The notes under the pieces were generated by a model. The model was not told the origin of the DNA. It did not search any database and was given only the letters and a program-made list of their open reading frames with translations. This document shows positions 41,876 to 57,507 of a stretch of DNA of 64,000 nt, in pieces. A program made the position numbers and the translations under genes. Numbering within the stretch: position 1 is the stretch's first letter; every line of letters starts with the position of its first letter. The DNA comes from Ginglymostoma cirratum. Its lineage: Eukaryota. Where the stretch lies: contig JAHRHZ010000140.1 of NCBI GenBank assembly GCA_024137785.1, positions 31,970,930 through 32,034,929 on the forward strand, in the 5' to 3' direction.

Positions 41876-42779
41876 CTAAAGCAATTATCAAAAGAAATGA
41901 CGATCAGTCAAGTAACAGTGAAAAGTTGCCTAGGTTGCATCATCTATGGTTTAAATGCCGCAGAAACATTGGTCATCTCATAAAAGAAAGTGAACATGGT
42001 TTTCAGAACATTGTCAATGACACTTTTCCTGTTATTCATTTAAACAAACAAACTTCTTATTTTTAAGGACAGATGAATTGGAGAAGGCCGCTTACTGGAA
42101 TCTTTGGCGCCCAGTCGTTCTGAACCCCATGGTCACATTAATACCAGGTACAGCTTGCTCTTAAAGAAAGGCGAGGAATGGCTGTCATTCCCAAGGTTTA
42201 ATTACATGTCACGTTCAATTCTGATTGTATATTTTATGAGTGGGGGACAAGGATTCAGTTGGGTGTCACCTCGACTAAAAACGCTAATTGGTAAATCCCA
42301 TCACATTTGCCTCGACTCAGTTCTTGGAGAGGGGGATGTTAATGGCATTAATTTGGTGGCAACAGAACAAGTTGTGAAGCAACGCAGACCGTGGCGTCGT
42401 CGCTTTGCATTTCCTCCTCTCAAAACCAAAAGCTGCGGAGAGTTTTTGCGACTTAACTCGTGGAGCGAATCTAGTGTTTATTTTTCAATTACACACAATG
42501 ATTTTTTCTAAAAAGACAGTCTGGGAGTACGGTTGAGTAATTATTGAGCATTCGCTCTAACAGCAGCCAGATGGTTGGAGCTCTAGGTGTGTTCGCCTTC
42601 TCCTCACTAGCCTTTCAGCGACTCGCCTCCAACGAGCAGTGCGCACAAACGCACCGAGCTTTTTTACAACTCAACTGAGCGCATCGGATCCCAGCTCAAA
42701 GCTGTGTGCTCTCTTATTATTCAACTAACGAGATTCACTTTGCCCGCATTGTAACTGACGCTCGGCGCTGATGTATTTT

Positions 42780-42798
42780 CACACACACACACACACAC
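42780..42798. repeat. (CA)9 microsatellite in EBF3 intron 4
   Basis: Direct reading. Confidence 0.9.
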
Positions 42799-44390
42799 CC
42801 TCCTTGTTTATTGTCCCTGAAATAGAACACCATTAAACTTGGGGAGGTCAGGGTGTCCCTTCTCAAAACATCTTTCCATTCACCTACAGGTTTGCAATGT
42901 TCCTCCTCTTCTGCAAAAAAAAACTGAATCAATAAAAACGAGTTGTTCTGCGCCTATGGCTCTTTGATCAGTTGCAGGGCTATTTCCCATCAATCAACTG
43001 AGGAGATTAGCGCTTTTGAGAAGCCTCATTTGCAATATTAAAATAGGAAGATGTGTGGCTAAACAGCAGTTATCTTTCAAAATAACCCAGCAGTCCTTCG
43101 TACCAAGCTATTCGCAAGCAATATGTGTCCACCCCTTTAAATTGGGCCACGGCCACCCCGACAAACAAGTTGTTAGATACAATGGGAATAAAACCACATT
43201 GTAAATTGGCAGAGCTCTGAAGAACGTTAAGGGGATTTTCTGACCTATTGAAATAACTGTTGCAAAGGGGAAACAACACTGGGGTTTCGTGCTGGCTGTC
43301 AATTGCTTGTCAGATTTAAATCTTTAATTTCAAAAAAAAACAATCATTGGTGCATTATCTTAGAGTTTGTGTGTGTGCAAAAATAAGAGGAAACGGTGTT
43401 TTCTTAAAAAAAAACTGGCTCTTTTAAAATAAAAATCAACAATATCATTGCATGTCCATAGCGATGTTTTGTATATTTGTATCAAGAGGAAGCAATCTGA
43501 TTTCATGAGATGACTGAATAGCACATATCGAGTGTATTATCAACCAAAGTCACTTGACCAAAAAGTGAATCAAGATCAAGAGAAAATAACGGTTTGCTCC
43601 GAGTGGGAGAGACCCAACCATTCGGGCAATTTCTTCAATGATGCTCTTTATTTGCTTCATTCACAATGACTTTGTGACAATAAAATGACAACGTAATGTT
43701 AAAAAAAAGTATCGTGGAGCTGGTGAAATATTTGACGACTTTCAGATAGAAGTGTAAACGTGCCGACTCCGGTTGGCTAATTACTGTGCAGCACTTTTGA
43801 TCAACCGCACTTATCATCTTTGAAGTTGCAGAAGACAGGCTAAATAATTTAATAAGCAACTGCCTGTAATTATGTTATTTACAAGGTATGACAGACATTT
43901 GATAAAGAAATACAGCTGATCTCAGGGAGTGGACTGTTTCATGACCCCTGGCGCACCCTCACAAAGCTGCAGCTTCTGGGCAGGAACAAAAGTAGAGCTG
44001 AATTATGGAGTCTGGGCTGAGAGGTGAATTGGAACTAGAAAAGGACACGCTGACTTTTCACCTGAACGCATTCAACTCCGCAGACAAATGGAGAAGCCAA
44101 CTGCCCGACCAAAACAAAAATCCAATCACGCCTCACTTCACAAAACGCGAACCTAACGCTAGGAATTCCGAAACATACGCGTTTAGTCAAACTTGTCTAA
44201 ACACATACAAAAAAATGTTTTACTTTTAAATCAGACGATTCATTTGGAATACTTCAACTTGCAAAAGTGTTGCTTTCCAAGCAACACGTAAAACTGCACA
44301 CAATACTGAGCTTCGGGATTAGAGATCAACGGTTGCAAACTTTCTAATGGGGGAAAAATTAAAGTTTTTTTGTATGTGTGACTGTCTCAC

Positions 44391-44446
44391 CTGTTTGGTC
44401 ATTGAATCGATGAGCCTGACATAGAGATCCTGTTCTGTCCGCACCC
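44391..44446 (-). CDS. EBF3: EBF3 coding exon 4
   Basis: TTTCTAG|GG GTG CGG ACA... = (G)VRTEQDLYVRLIDSMTKQ, donor CAG|GTGAGA; 56 bp. Confidence 0.96.
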
Positions 44447-45371
44447 CTAGAAATAAAGTGGTATCAAATTTAACGGTACTTAAAAAAGGAAACGTGAGTT
44501 ATCAATGGAAGAAACTTATCAACATCCAGGGCATTCTAAAATAAAAAGCCAAGTTTGGATACTATACCGGTTTGTAAAAGGATACTGTTAATTTTACAAA
44601 ATATGGGAACTGATATTCTTGTAATGAACGCAATAAAATAAGCTGATAGGCGATAAAACATAAATCAAATATTCATCAGAGAAATAAAAACTGTATCCCA
44701 AGAAATTCATGAATTTTTTGACATTTATTTTAAATTTTATGTTTAGTTGGATTGTGTAATTTGCAGTGCAGTGGAGCGTGGAGCGCTGGTCTTTAACCGG
44801 GCCAATGTTGTCCCACACTTAGTATATTTGAGTTTTCCACATGTATTCCACATTATTCAAAGGGTATTGTTACACATGTCACAGGTACCCTTAACCACTT
44901 CGATTAGGGTATTCCAATTTGGAGTCAATTGTCAATTCTAGGGAAGGCAAGCCCACAGCACTGTTTTAATCTTTTTTTTTGCTCTGAAATGTTATTTGAA
45001 GGATTTATCTCACAGCCTGCGTTCGCCTGCTTCAATGCAGTGTAATCGACTGCTCTACAGATTAGCGTGCAACAACACAGGACAGGGCATGAGATTCAAC
45101 ATTTTAAGATTAAGCGAGGATTCTACTTCAAGATATGGGAGCAGCATCATGCTCACTTCTGAAGCAAATTTGCCTCAATAAATCAGGAGAAGCGACATTG
45201 AATTGCTGGTCCTTTTAGTTTATTTTTACACCCAAATGCTAACCAGGTAAGACTTCAAAGTTCCATAAACAGTGATTAATATCTACACCACATGACACGC
45301 ATTCAAACTCCACTAAAATACATAAAGGTAGAGCGACCGGTACAGCTCTCGATCAATTCAATTCAACTTAC

Positions 45372-45435
45372 CATTGCTGTACAGTAGCTGAAGTTTGTAG
45401 TGTATTCCATTGTTGGTTTTCTCGTTGTTTGGCTC
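45372..45435 (-). CDS. EBF3: EBF3 coding exon 3
   Basis: TTTTAG|GAG CCA AAC... = EPNNEKTNNGIHYKLQLLYSN(G), donor G|GTAAGT; 64 bp, frame consistent with exons 2 and 4. Confidence 0.96.
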
Positions 45436-45764
45436 CTAAAATCAACCATTGTAAATGAGTAATTACATCGTTCATTGTACTCCATAGTTCATTTCTCATG
45501 TCACTTTAAATATTTTTGTTTATAATTAACTGCATTCCATTTTAGTATCTGGAAGGCGAGTTCATGTCGTCTAATCAATAGCAAACATTTTGCTTTTAGG
45601 CTTTTGCATTAAAATAATATTTACACACAATGTCATAAATAGCCAGCTATTTTTCGCAGCGGTCGAGATCTGTTAGAACAAGCAGAACTACACGTGGTTT
45701 GGGCGCCTCTTGAGTACCGTTATGCTCGTTAGTTATTGTGCACTTAAAGAGAAAATAATTTCTA

Positions 45765-46037
<273 letters not shown>

Positions 46038-46202
46038 CTAGAGATCTCTTGATTTGTCGCTAGCAGTAATATGATGTAATGAAAGGGAAAGTGAAGGGGA
46101 GCACAGGGAGAGGGGGTAATTGATAGAGTATTGAGGGGATTTGGTGATTTTGGGTCGATGCGAGAAACATAAAAAAATCAGATGGAAGGTAGTATTGGAT
46201 TA

Positions 46203-47150
<948 letters not shown>

Positions 47151-50100
47151 AATCCTTTAGGAGGTAAAAACATATACAATCCACGCGAGTTGTTTGTCTT
47201 CAAACAGAAATTAAAGGGACAAAGTTGTTACCTTAAACACAAACTGCAGGGGGAAGGAAGCAGCTCAGATCAATACGTGTAGCGAGAAACTTGCGGTTGA
47301 AGTTTGAATTAAAAGTTATAAAATAGTGTGTGGGATACGGGTGTCGGGCCTCAAACTCGGTTTGAGAGCTCAGTCAGTGTAAAACCAAAGTCAGAAGAGG
47401 ATTCAAATTATGGAATGGGACTACCTGTAAAATGAATCACAATTCAGTTTTTTTTTCTTTCACGGAAGTGGGGGCCGTATATAATATCTATTTAAATCGA
47501 TGCCTCCTTATGAAACAATATGCCTTCGTTATAGAGCTTGGAGTTCAATGACTAAACTGCGTTCTTTCTTGTACTCATCAGGTCGTGTTATCAGTTAAGG
47601 TTAAAAGATCTGAGAACGTCCAGTGAATCAATATCCACATTATAAGGTACATTTATTGCAAACAATATAAGGGATGGGTCACGGGCTGTGCATTAACAGA
47701 GCGAGCAGAAGAGTTGGAGTTAGATGCTTTGAACACATGCGATCACTAGGAATTCCTGAAGATCCACATGTATTTCTAACTAGATTTTTGTTGACTAAAA
47801 CTAGTCTTTCAGAGGTATTAGCTGGTGCCCAGAGGAGGAGACCCTAGGGACGGAGGCTGCCCTGTGCTTTTTTTTTTACTAAAGGTAAAAGCTCAGGCTG
47901 GAGGGAGAGAATCTGGGATAGTCACTTACTCAATGATCAGCTCTTTCTCTTCGTTCGTATTAGCCCTTCCATTTTTTTTGACAATTGGCACCGTACGTAC
48001 GCTAATATTTTAATTAATCGGTGAAAATCGAAGTCCGAATTCTGTTATCAAGGGACACCATAACACTCGAATTTCAATACTCCGCTGAGGGTGAGAAAGA
48101 GATGTGTTAGAGCAATCTATTTTCTGGTGTTGGGGGTTAATGACTATTGCGACAGATAAGTGAATTATCAAAGCTGTTGCTATTCCGATTTCAAAATCCA
48201 TTACATTGCTGGCGTCTAATTAAATACGTAAGTATAATAAAATCATATTTTATGGCGATTGAAAGTAATAAGATTAGTCTTCAGAAGCAATCATCACATA
48301 TTAAGATGCCATATAGATCTACAGAATCCTAAAACTGTATTTTAAAATCAAAATGTGCAGGAAACATAATGCATAATAAATTTTTTAAAATTCTGATTTG
48401 TCGCCGCCTTATATAGACAAGCAACATCTGTATTATTAACAAATTTATGTATTTGAAGCGAAAATTAAATATAAGTTACAGCTAAGTAAATCTTGATGCT
48501 ATTTTTTAAAATGAAATATTTGAAACCTGTGAACAATTTAGGCGCATTTTAATTTTGAAAATCACTGGTTTAGGCGAAGCACCGTTGTAACAAATGTGTT
48601 AGTATTTATCAAGTGTAGCAAAGTAAACAGAATAGTTCATTTTAGCACTAAGTAGTTGAAGGGATACTTATCGTTTATATATTTTTTATATATTTAAGAG
48701 GGTTTTCACTTCAAATCTGTTAAACGTGTTTTGCTCCAAGTCACTTACAGTGTTCTTATAGCAGATTACACGCGCCGAGGCGATTTAAATCTGATTACCA
48801 AATTATAGGGTTTAGCCAAATCCTTTTAAAGCTGATACCGTTGACTGTAAAACATAACCTGAAAAGTTCCGTAAAACCGTCACAGAGGCTACATTCGTTC
48901 TGCAGCCAAAGAGTTTTAAAATGTATTTGACAACAAAATGCAGCTGCAGCACTATTTTTTTGAAGATATTAGGCGAAAATTAATGCAAATCTGTGTTCAG
49001 AAGCCATCTGGCCAGGATAGGGGAATCAGCTGTTCCTCACAACAGGGTTTGGGCTGAATATATTTCGCTCATTTTCTATTCTCATCTGGTCTGGGCTACG
49101 AGTGCTCCAGACGATAGCGTGGAAAATACAGCCTTTATCATCCAGCCCCAAATTTACCATTTTGACAAACTGTTTGCAACAACCCGAATTTAATCGAGGA
49201 AAAATGTGACGATTCCGTATTGACACAACAATTTACTGCTGCCATTTCTTGTAGGGGAAGGGTTGCATAAAAGCGGCTCAAACTTCATTGCTTCAATGTG
49301 AACTGACTTAGCGTTCAAACAAATGAGTTGCCCGCGTTTTCAAAGGCATTTTCCATTTTTTTTTCTGGGCACCCTTTGTGCGGACGGGACAGAATTTTAA
49401 TAGCACCCCCGCAACGCTGTTAGCCACATTAGCTCCTGAACCCAAAAACAAGCTCTCCTCGTTGCAAACAGCTACCTCCTGAATGAATGAAGCGAGGTGG
49501 TCGAACGAACAAGTCGCTTCAGAAAAAGTGAACCCTTGCAATATTTCAATAATTCACTCCAATGGTTGCGGGGAGGGGAGGTGGGTTGCAGATCAGTACA
49601 AAGAGGCAGACAGATTTATGCGTTGTTTGTTGTCAAAAATCGTTTGAATTATCTGGTTAAAATCATATTGGGAAGTCGTGGCAGTTGTACTGTGAAATAC
49701 TGAGAATGATCTGGGTTTTTTTTTTCTCACTTTTGGGCCAGTGAGTTAGTAACCGATGTTGGACAAAGGAAGAGAGCCACAGAAGCTTGCGGGATTGAAT
49801 CCGATTTGCATGGTCCAGTCACAGACCTTCCGAAGTAACGATCCTCCTTATTATGTGAAGTGTTCCTTTTGTAAATTTACGGTGAGGGTTGAATGATACA
49901 CAGAATTTGCATATAAATAGCGACATCAAGCGATTCGCGTGCCACACACCAGTGGTCTCCCAGATGTCAATCCAAAGTCAGTCAGATGGCCCTTGCCCAG
50001 CCCCGGGACCCCTGCGCCAGCTGTCCTGTCCTCGCCATCATACCGCAGCACACACTAGAATCACAATCGCCGCTGCTTTCCACCAAATCTACAGTTTTGC

Positions 50101-53100
50101 CTTTTTTTTTAAATCTTAACCCTCAACCCCGATTTAACACACGCTGCCGTTGCCTGGTCAGTTGGCTGCCTTTGTTCGGTGTACCTAAAGTCTAGTGGCT
50201 TTGGATGACCCTCGGAACAAAAACAAACAAAAAATCGCTGCCTTCTGAATGTTCACGAACTGAGTTAATTGCTGGTGTTTACAAGTTCCATTTAAGAGAA
50301 ACAATATACCTTTCTGACTTTTTTTTCGGGGGGTTTAAAGAGGGAGCGCTTAACTATACAATAGCATCGCGCGCTCATGGCAATTTAGCGCATAAATCAA
50401 AGCAGTTTTCAAATTACAGCAACAAATTGACCGGCGCGTCTAAAACTTGCAGTGAGAGATTACACAAAGGGCTCGAATCTAAACTCGCCTGGTACATGCA
50501 CTGTGAGGTGATAACGAGAAGGCAAGCGTAGCAAACTCCACTCATTTCTGCACCATGGACTGCGGATCACACTAATCGTCTACTGAGTTTCCAAATCTGG
50601 TCATGCACTTTTAATTGACCGCAATTTATTTTCCGACTTGGCAAAATAAAATAACTAACCTATAGTTATTTTTTAAAATGAGACAAGAGGAGCCGTTCTA
50701 ACAATTCATTTATATTAAAGGCCACATGACAAGTGGTCGATTAAAAATGTTTTCCTTTCTTTAGTTTGGTTGCAAAATAGATGTTTCGACAGAACTTTTC
50801 TGAAAATTACTCAGTTCACAAATGTGCCTGGATTAAATAGCTACGGAATGTGTGAGATTTCTCTGATTTTGATCATTCAAAATCCTGGTTAGCTGCTAGG
50901 TTGAACATGTTTTGTGTTTTTTTTTTGTTTAGGAAAATCTACTCCAGTCAACGCCTCGCAGAGATTTAGCGGAAAGCATTAATCCCTACATTCACAGTGC
51001 AACCTGTAAGGTGCATATTTGGCAAATAGCGCCGCCTCGGGAGGCCCAGAGAGTCGGCTTTGGGATCAAACTGAACTCCTTCAATAGCTCACCCAACGTC
51101 GAGACAGCGGAAAGAAGCTCGCTGATCCACAACAAAATTCCTTGACTAACTTTCTCCCAATTTCACCGCCCTACCCCCGCTCTGCCAACCAAGAAACCTT
51201 TACATGGACTAATAGTATCGCATTCACATTTCCAAATGTTTTTCTTACATTACCTGCCGTGTGAATAGGGCTTCTCATCTCCTCAGCGCGCACTCATCAA
51301 ATAATATCCAGACCGTCAACTTTCTGTTGGCAGATTGACACGAATTAACTGCGTGCCTCAAAGTTTCTTTTGCACTTGCTGTCGCTTCCATCGTGTTAAC
51401 ATTGCCGCGGCGGCAGGATCAATATGCGCACCGCAATGGTCTGGGAACGCATGGAGCCAGGACTTACATTCAGGACTTACAATCTGCAACTTTACCCCCC
51501 ACTTTCCCTTTGCCAGGTTAAACACTTTCTAGAAACTAGATGTTGACATAGCGAAGGATAGATCGCAAAGCGCTATGGTGCTGAAGTTTGAAGACACGCA
51601 GTGCCAACTGCAGTTTTAGTCTGTCAGTAAAAGTGCAAAGATCCCTAATGTACCCCGGCACTGTCTCAGGGCTAAAGTAGGTGCTTTGACACCGCTCTCT
51701 GATCTGGTACCTTCTACAAAACAAAACGCAAGAGGTTCAAACGCTCTCCAAGCCTGTTTTACGCGCGTCTAAATATAAAGAACACTCGGAAAATATCTCC
51801 ATGAGTCAAGCACTTAAGGTGCACACATCTCCTAACCAATCCGACATTGTAACTTTCCTGAGGACTTGGTAAAGCGAGCGCATCTACCTGAACCATCTTC
51901 ATGAACCGGATGGTCTGAGTGAAACCCACTTTGCAAAAAGCACACAACCGCAAGCTTCGGCAAAAATCATTCCCGGAGTCCCAACTTTTGTGTCTCCTTT
52001 TCCAGCTTCAGGAAGTTTCACTGCATTGCGCAAATCTTCAAACCCCCGTTCCAAAGGAAAAAAAAAGGACCAGAGGTGGAAATTGTACGGACAAGGATCG
52101 ATCGCATTATTTAAAGTATTGTAATGGGTTTTAATGAAAAGCACTTCGTTTTCATTAATTCTGATACTTTTTTTGAAAGCGATGGGACATTGATGTCATA
52201 TTTAATATGTTGAATCCAGATGTCGTACCTAGGCTGAGACACTCACTGATGGAGTCGAGATTGACTGCAACCCGGGGAGAAAATGTTTAGAAATTGGCGA
52301 GCGTTGCCTGTTGTACTCCAACTGCAAAACGCGGATTTAAATCCGATTACTTATAAACTCTCCAAATACATATGTTATTTGCAAATTTGCATCATTGAAC
52401 ATTCTAATGTAGCAAACAACAGAATTGACTTGCATGTATCAATAATAAATGTCAGTGTTACCTTTCATGTTTCACGTAATATACTTTCAAAAAGCATTAA
52501 TATAAATATTCAAAGATACAGTCCCATCTAAAACGATGACTTTAACAGACTCTACTCATCGCGCGTCTCCTACTCGATGCAGCAGCACAGTGCATAGGAG
52601 GAACCACTTCCATTAAAATTTGGTATATTTTCATACTAATAGAACTATTGATTGGAAAGCTGTTGCCAATTTACTTTTTGTAATGCCACGCCGCAATTTG
52701 CATTTATTCAACAGATCGTAATGAAGAGAGAAAGCTGGGCGGTTGTGGCTGCCGAAAGCGTAGCTGGGGGGCAATGCAAGAACATAGATTGCTTCCAGTC
52801 AATTAATATGCAGTTTGTCCTAATAAAACAAGGAGTGGAAAATAAAAGGAGGCACTTCGGGCTTCCACGTTATTACGCTTAGTCAACAAAATTTCCAAAT
52901 TTGTTTTCAGATACTTATACTGGTCCAACTGAGAGAAATTTGCTAAACTACCCCGAGATATCCCCGCATACTCGAATCTGCCAAAAAGGTAGTGCCCTTG
53001 AACTCTTTCAAATTATTCAGCAGCTTAATTTACGTATAAGGCGCAAGAATAAAGTTTAATACTGTATCAGATTCTAGGACATGTACGCGTGCAAATAATT

Positions 53101-56100
53101 TGCAGGAGATGACACCTGCAAGTCTGAACAAAAGTTTGATTCAAATAAATTTGCCAACAAAATTAATTTGAAGAGGTATCTGCTGTGGGAAATTGAATGA
53201 TAGAAACATGAATTGTAAATATATTTAATATGCGTTTTAACAGTTGTCTTGTCTTTTTGACAGGCACACATTTTCTTTTATTTAGAATTAGTGTTCTAAC
53301 ACAGATGGTATCAATGGATAATGAGATGTGCTAACTTTGCAATCAAAGATTGTTACGAACGCTTTTGGACAATGATCAAATAAAATGTAACCTTCGTTTT
53401 ACGGTGACAGTGCGCCACCTAAAGGAACCTGAGCGTATAACCAGGATAACTACTGAAAAAGCTTAAAACTTAAACAATACCTTTTCATTCTGAAAACGTC
53501 ATACAAATTACACACTTTCGTTAATCTTCTAAAGAAGTGACTTTTTGGTAAAAATATAATGCTACTCAATAATTTCTTTGCGAGCAGCAGTATTGTTTCA
53601 CGGGTAGACACATAAACAAAAATGATCGCACTTATAAATAAAACTATATTTCAAAATTTCAAAGAAACAACGTAACCAAATGGTTTGAAAGTGACCACTT
53701 TCTGATTATTGATTAACAGCAGGATAGAACACTGTGGAATTAATGATTTCCAGATTAACATACCTGAGTTTCCAGATTGGTGATGTTCGATTTTTTCGGC
53801 TTTTCTTATATAAAAAAAATTAACATCAATCTGACTCTATTGCACATCGCGTGCGCTATGAAGGAAATGACCACCTTGAATAAATCAACGATATTCCTGA
53901 CACATCGATCAATTTCTTGCTGTTTTCTTTTACGGCTGATTCATGCCTAATCTAATAACACTTCAAGTATCCCACCTTGTTATGTTCATATCTATAAGAA
54001 CGAGACGAGTTTCAGTCTTAAAACCGAATGACCGCACACCTTCATTTCGTGAAGACACGTCTATTTCGATGGGGGGGAATATACAAGTAAAATCGATTTG
54101 TTGTGAACTTTTAATAGCATTTTCTTTTTGCCGTGTACCACGCGATAAAAATAACAGAGATACAAAGGCACGCAAAGGAATTTTTTTTTGAGTCGAGTTT
54201 GATCTGCATGGCGTGAATGAAAGTAAAAACAGCCCGAATGATGATGGGACTAAATGTTATTAAATGAAGCGTAAATTACATGGAAGTTTCGAAGTTGAAA
54301 ACGCTTCTTGCTTTTAATTTTAATATTATGGATATATATTTCACGCACACAAATTTTAGAACGAGAAACATATAAACCCAATTGCTTACTTGATAGAGAA
54401 TTTTCAGAGCATTGTGTACAGAAGAGAGAAAGATTGTATGGCGTGTTGGTAGAATATTTGCGAACTATCTGTGAGTTGTAACAAATAACAGAAAAAGGGT
54501 CATTAAAATACTGAACCATGAGAGCGTGTCTGCCTATAACCTATAACTGAGGCTGTTATGGCATGTCAAGGCAGTGTGAAATCTAGAATATCGCTTACCT
54601 TTTTTTCATGGACAATTAGACACTAGACAGAATGTCCTCTAAAGTCATAGTCGGAACTATTTACCCGTCATGTTGTGTTTATTTATGTGCTGTGAATCCT
54701 GGGCTACTTTGGTTAGTTACAGGGAGAATCTTGTCAATTTCTGTCTCCAACTCAAATTGGGGTCGCGTGCCCAGTGCAAAACTCGCTCCGACGCAAGCGC
54801 GGTCTGTGCTGCCCAGGGAGGCGGGACATGTGGGGCATAGTCGGTGCGACATGTCTTTGTCCGTAAAAAAATGTTCAGGGGAAGGTCGAGCAACTCTCAG
54901 CATCAAACCTGAGACGAGTGGGGTTCTATAGACTCTTAAGACACAGGTATTTCCACCTCCCTCCCTCACCCCAGCACTAAGGAAGGGGAGAGAATGAAAG
55001 AATGGAGTCAGCCTCCCCTAATTTAAAAGAAGGATGAAAATGTTATGTCAACTTCACAAGTGTTGAAGGTTAAGCATTTAAGTAAGTGTCAGAATTTGAG
55101 AGAATGTTGACTGAAACTGTGCGCGACTTCCTGAAGTAACTGTCTTTTGCCAACACTGTTGAATTCCCCTGCTAAGTGAACTATTGGAAAGCGGGTCACG
55201 ATGTGAAAGGGCACGTACCAGGTGACCCTGGAGTTCAGTTCAAATGTGGCAGCCATTCCCACAAGGGAGAGGAACAACCGGCTTCACTAAACTTCAACAC
55301 TCACATATGTCTGTCATTCAAGTGAACACGTCGAGGCGCGGAGCAAAGATTGCAACACGGCTAAAGAGATGCAACAGATGATACTGTTAACAAGTATCCA
55401 CTCAAAATTTGTATCTACTTCATCTTTGACGCATCGATTCTATAATAACATCGAGCCGAATAAATCTGTAACCAGATCACTATCACATCTATTTAGTCGT
55501 TTTAAAATTAAAATTGTTGGACGTTTTGAGTGACCTAAATGTCCAAGGTGGGCTTTTCCTTATTTTTATTCACTTTTGCCACAATATAAATGACAATATT
55601 TCAAAACTAAAGAGTGCCATTTTGGTGTTGTTTATTTGTAAATTGTATTTTCATCAAGCAGCTCTATGGATTGAACAGAGACCAAGCAATCTTTTAAAGA
55701 AAATAAACCCATGTTTAGTATGTGTAAAGTGTTTTGAGAAAAATGAGATTTAAAGGCAATAGTTAACAATTCAACATCAACAAGGGACCATAGATTTTTC
55801 ACAATATAATTACAAGTAAATGGTAGCCTTTTGAGTGAGTTACCAGACTGCCAACTAATCAAGGTGTTCAGATGATGTTATAAACCATTAAGGGGAAAGT
55901 TCAAGTAGATCATAAACATAATCTGAACTTTGAGACACAGCAATATTCTTTAACTTGCAATTTGGTACATGTTATGTTTCTAGATCATTATGCCACTCAT
56001 GACTAATTAAAAAGCTGATTTTATGATGTCAGAAGACATTCAACAGTCTGAGAGGCCTGGGACATTCATTCTTCACGGTGTATGTTCGTTTCCATGGGAA

Positions 56101-56717
56101 CGCGGACCTGGATTCTGTGATGGAATTCAGCACACAAGAACATTTTAAACTAGCACTGTTTGCTTTCCAGCGAAGTCACACAATACCACCATTTAATTCT
56201 TAATCAGAAATATTGCATGTGATATATTTCATTTTCTGTTTTATATTTTCTGTCTTTGAATGATTTCTGTTTTAAAAAAAGCTACATTTTGGCACAATAA
56301 AGTATTAAGAAACTTTTTTGAGAATTTTGCTCTAAATCTGCTTGGTTAAGATATCAAAGTTTCAAAATATTGACCCAATATGGAAATACATGGAGAGCTA
56401 ATAATTTATTATCTGAAACTTAACCTATATACTGCAAGAGGGATAATGTAGTTTCAGTATTTATAATGTTTTCTTTATGGATTTTTGGGGGTAATTCTGC
56501 CTCAACTGAGGCATGTCAATGTTTCCATGCACTGCTGGATAATGTTTGCAGAATTATGGTATGATTCATATGCTGTTATCAGAAAAAAAAGTTTTTGATT
56601 ACAGAAATATATGAAACATTGTGAACGTTGTGAGACTTTTGAAAATAATTATTGTGAAGACATGTGATTGACCATAGTGAACATTAGTGCATGATAGCTT
56701 ATGGTCATAATGAATTT

Positions 56718-56798
56718 GTGTTCTAACACGTAAGATCTATTAAATCAAAGCTTTCAGAGCCACATTTTTGCAAGGTTGGGAGAGTCAGTATACTGTAA
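56718..56798 (+). repeat. 81-bp exact direct repeat, copy 1
   Basis: gtgttctaacacgtaagatctattaaatcaaagctttcagagccacatttttgcaaggttgggagagtcagtatactgtaa identical to 58672-58752. Confidence 0.95.
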
Positions 56799-57507
56799 TA
56801 ATGCTTGTAAAGTTGCTAATATAGTTTGATAAATACAAAAATATATTTTAAGAACAATAAAAGGCAATTTACAAATCTAAAAGCAATCTAATTATTTGAA
56901 AGAGCTATCTAGCCTTATTGATATTTTACTGAGACTAATTCTCTGTAATGTCCATTATATTTCTCATTTTTTAAAGTCATATTTTGTTTTGTTAGACATG
57001 TAAATCAATCGAACCTTTTCTATTGACTATGAAAACTGTGTACAGTTATTTCTTAACTCATTTATCTATATCAAAAGTACAAATGTATGTAGATCTCTGT
57101 GAAGATTATTGTTTATTTTAACATTAGAAATATGTATTATCATACATTTCTAAGTCAATGAATAAACTAAATTAATTTTATAATATTGATTTTAGTTCAG
57201 TAATAAAGCATTCCTTGGAAGACTGCAAGAATGGTTTTAGTCAAGATGTTTAATAGTGCATTTTTATATGGAAGCTAAATATCTTAGTAAAGTTGTATTT
57301 AGTGTTTATAAGCAAAATGATGTATTTTGTTACCCTCGTCTGAATTCTAGGATTTTGGGAAATTTGCAAGCATAAATCAGTTACACCAATAACAATCATT
57401 TTATTAGCATTCACACAAAGTATTATGTTACTACTCAAAAATATTTTCTATCTTAACCTTAATGAAAAATACTAAGATATGTATTCACAAGTATAATAAA
57501 TTCTGGG

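Noticed and set aside
42104-42511. 135-aa plus-strand ORF antisense to EBF3 intron 4
   Set aside because: Non-ATG start, no recognisable domain, no supporting splice structure.
52131-52158. 10-bp hairpin ttaatgaaaa...ttttcattaa
   Set aside because: Short and AT-rich; expected by chance.
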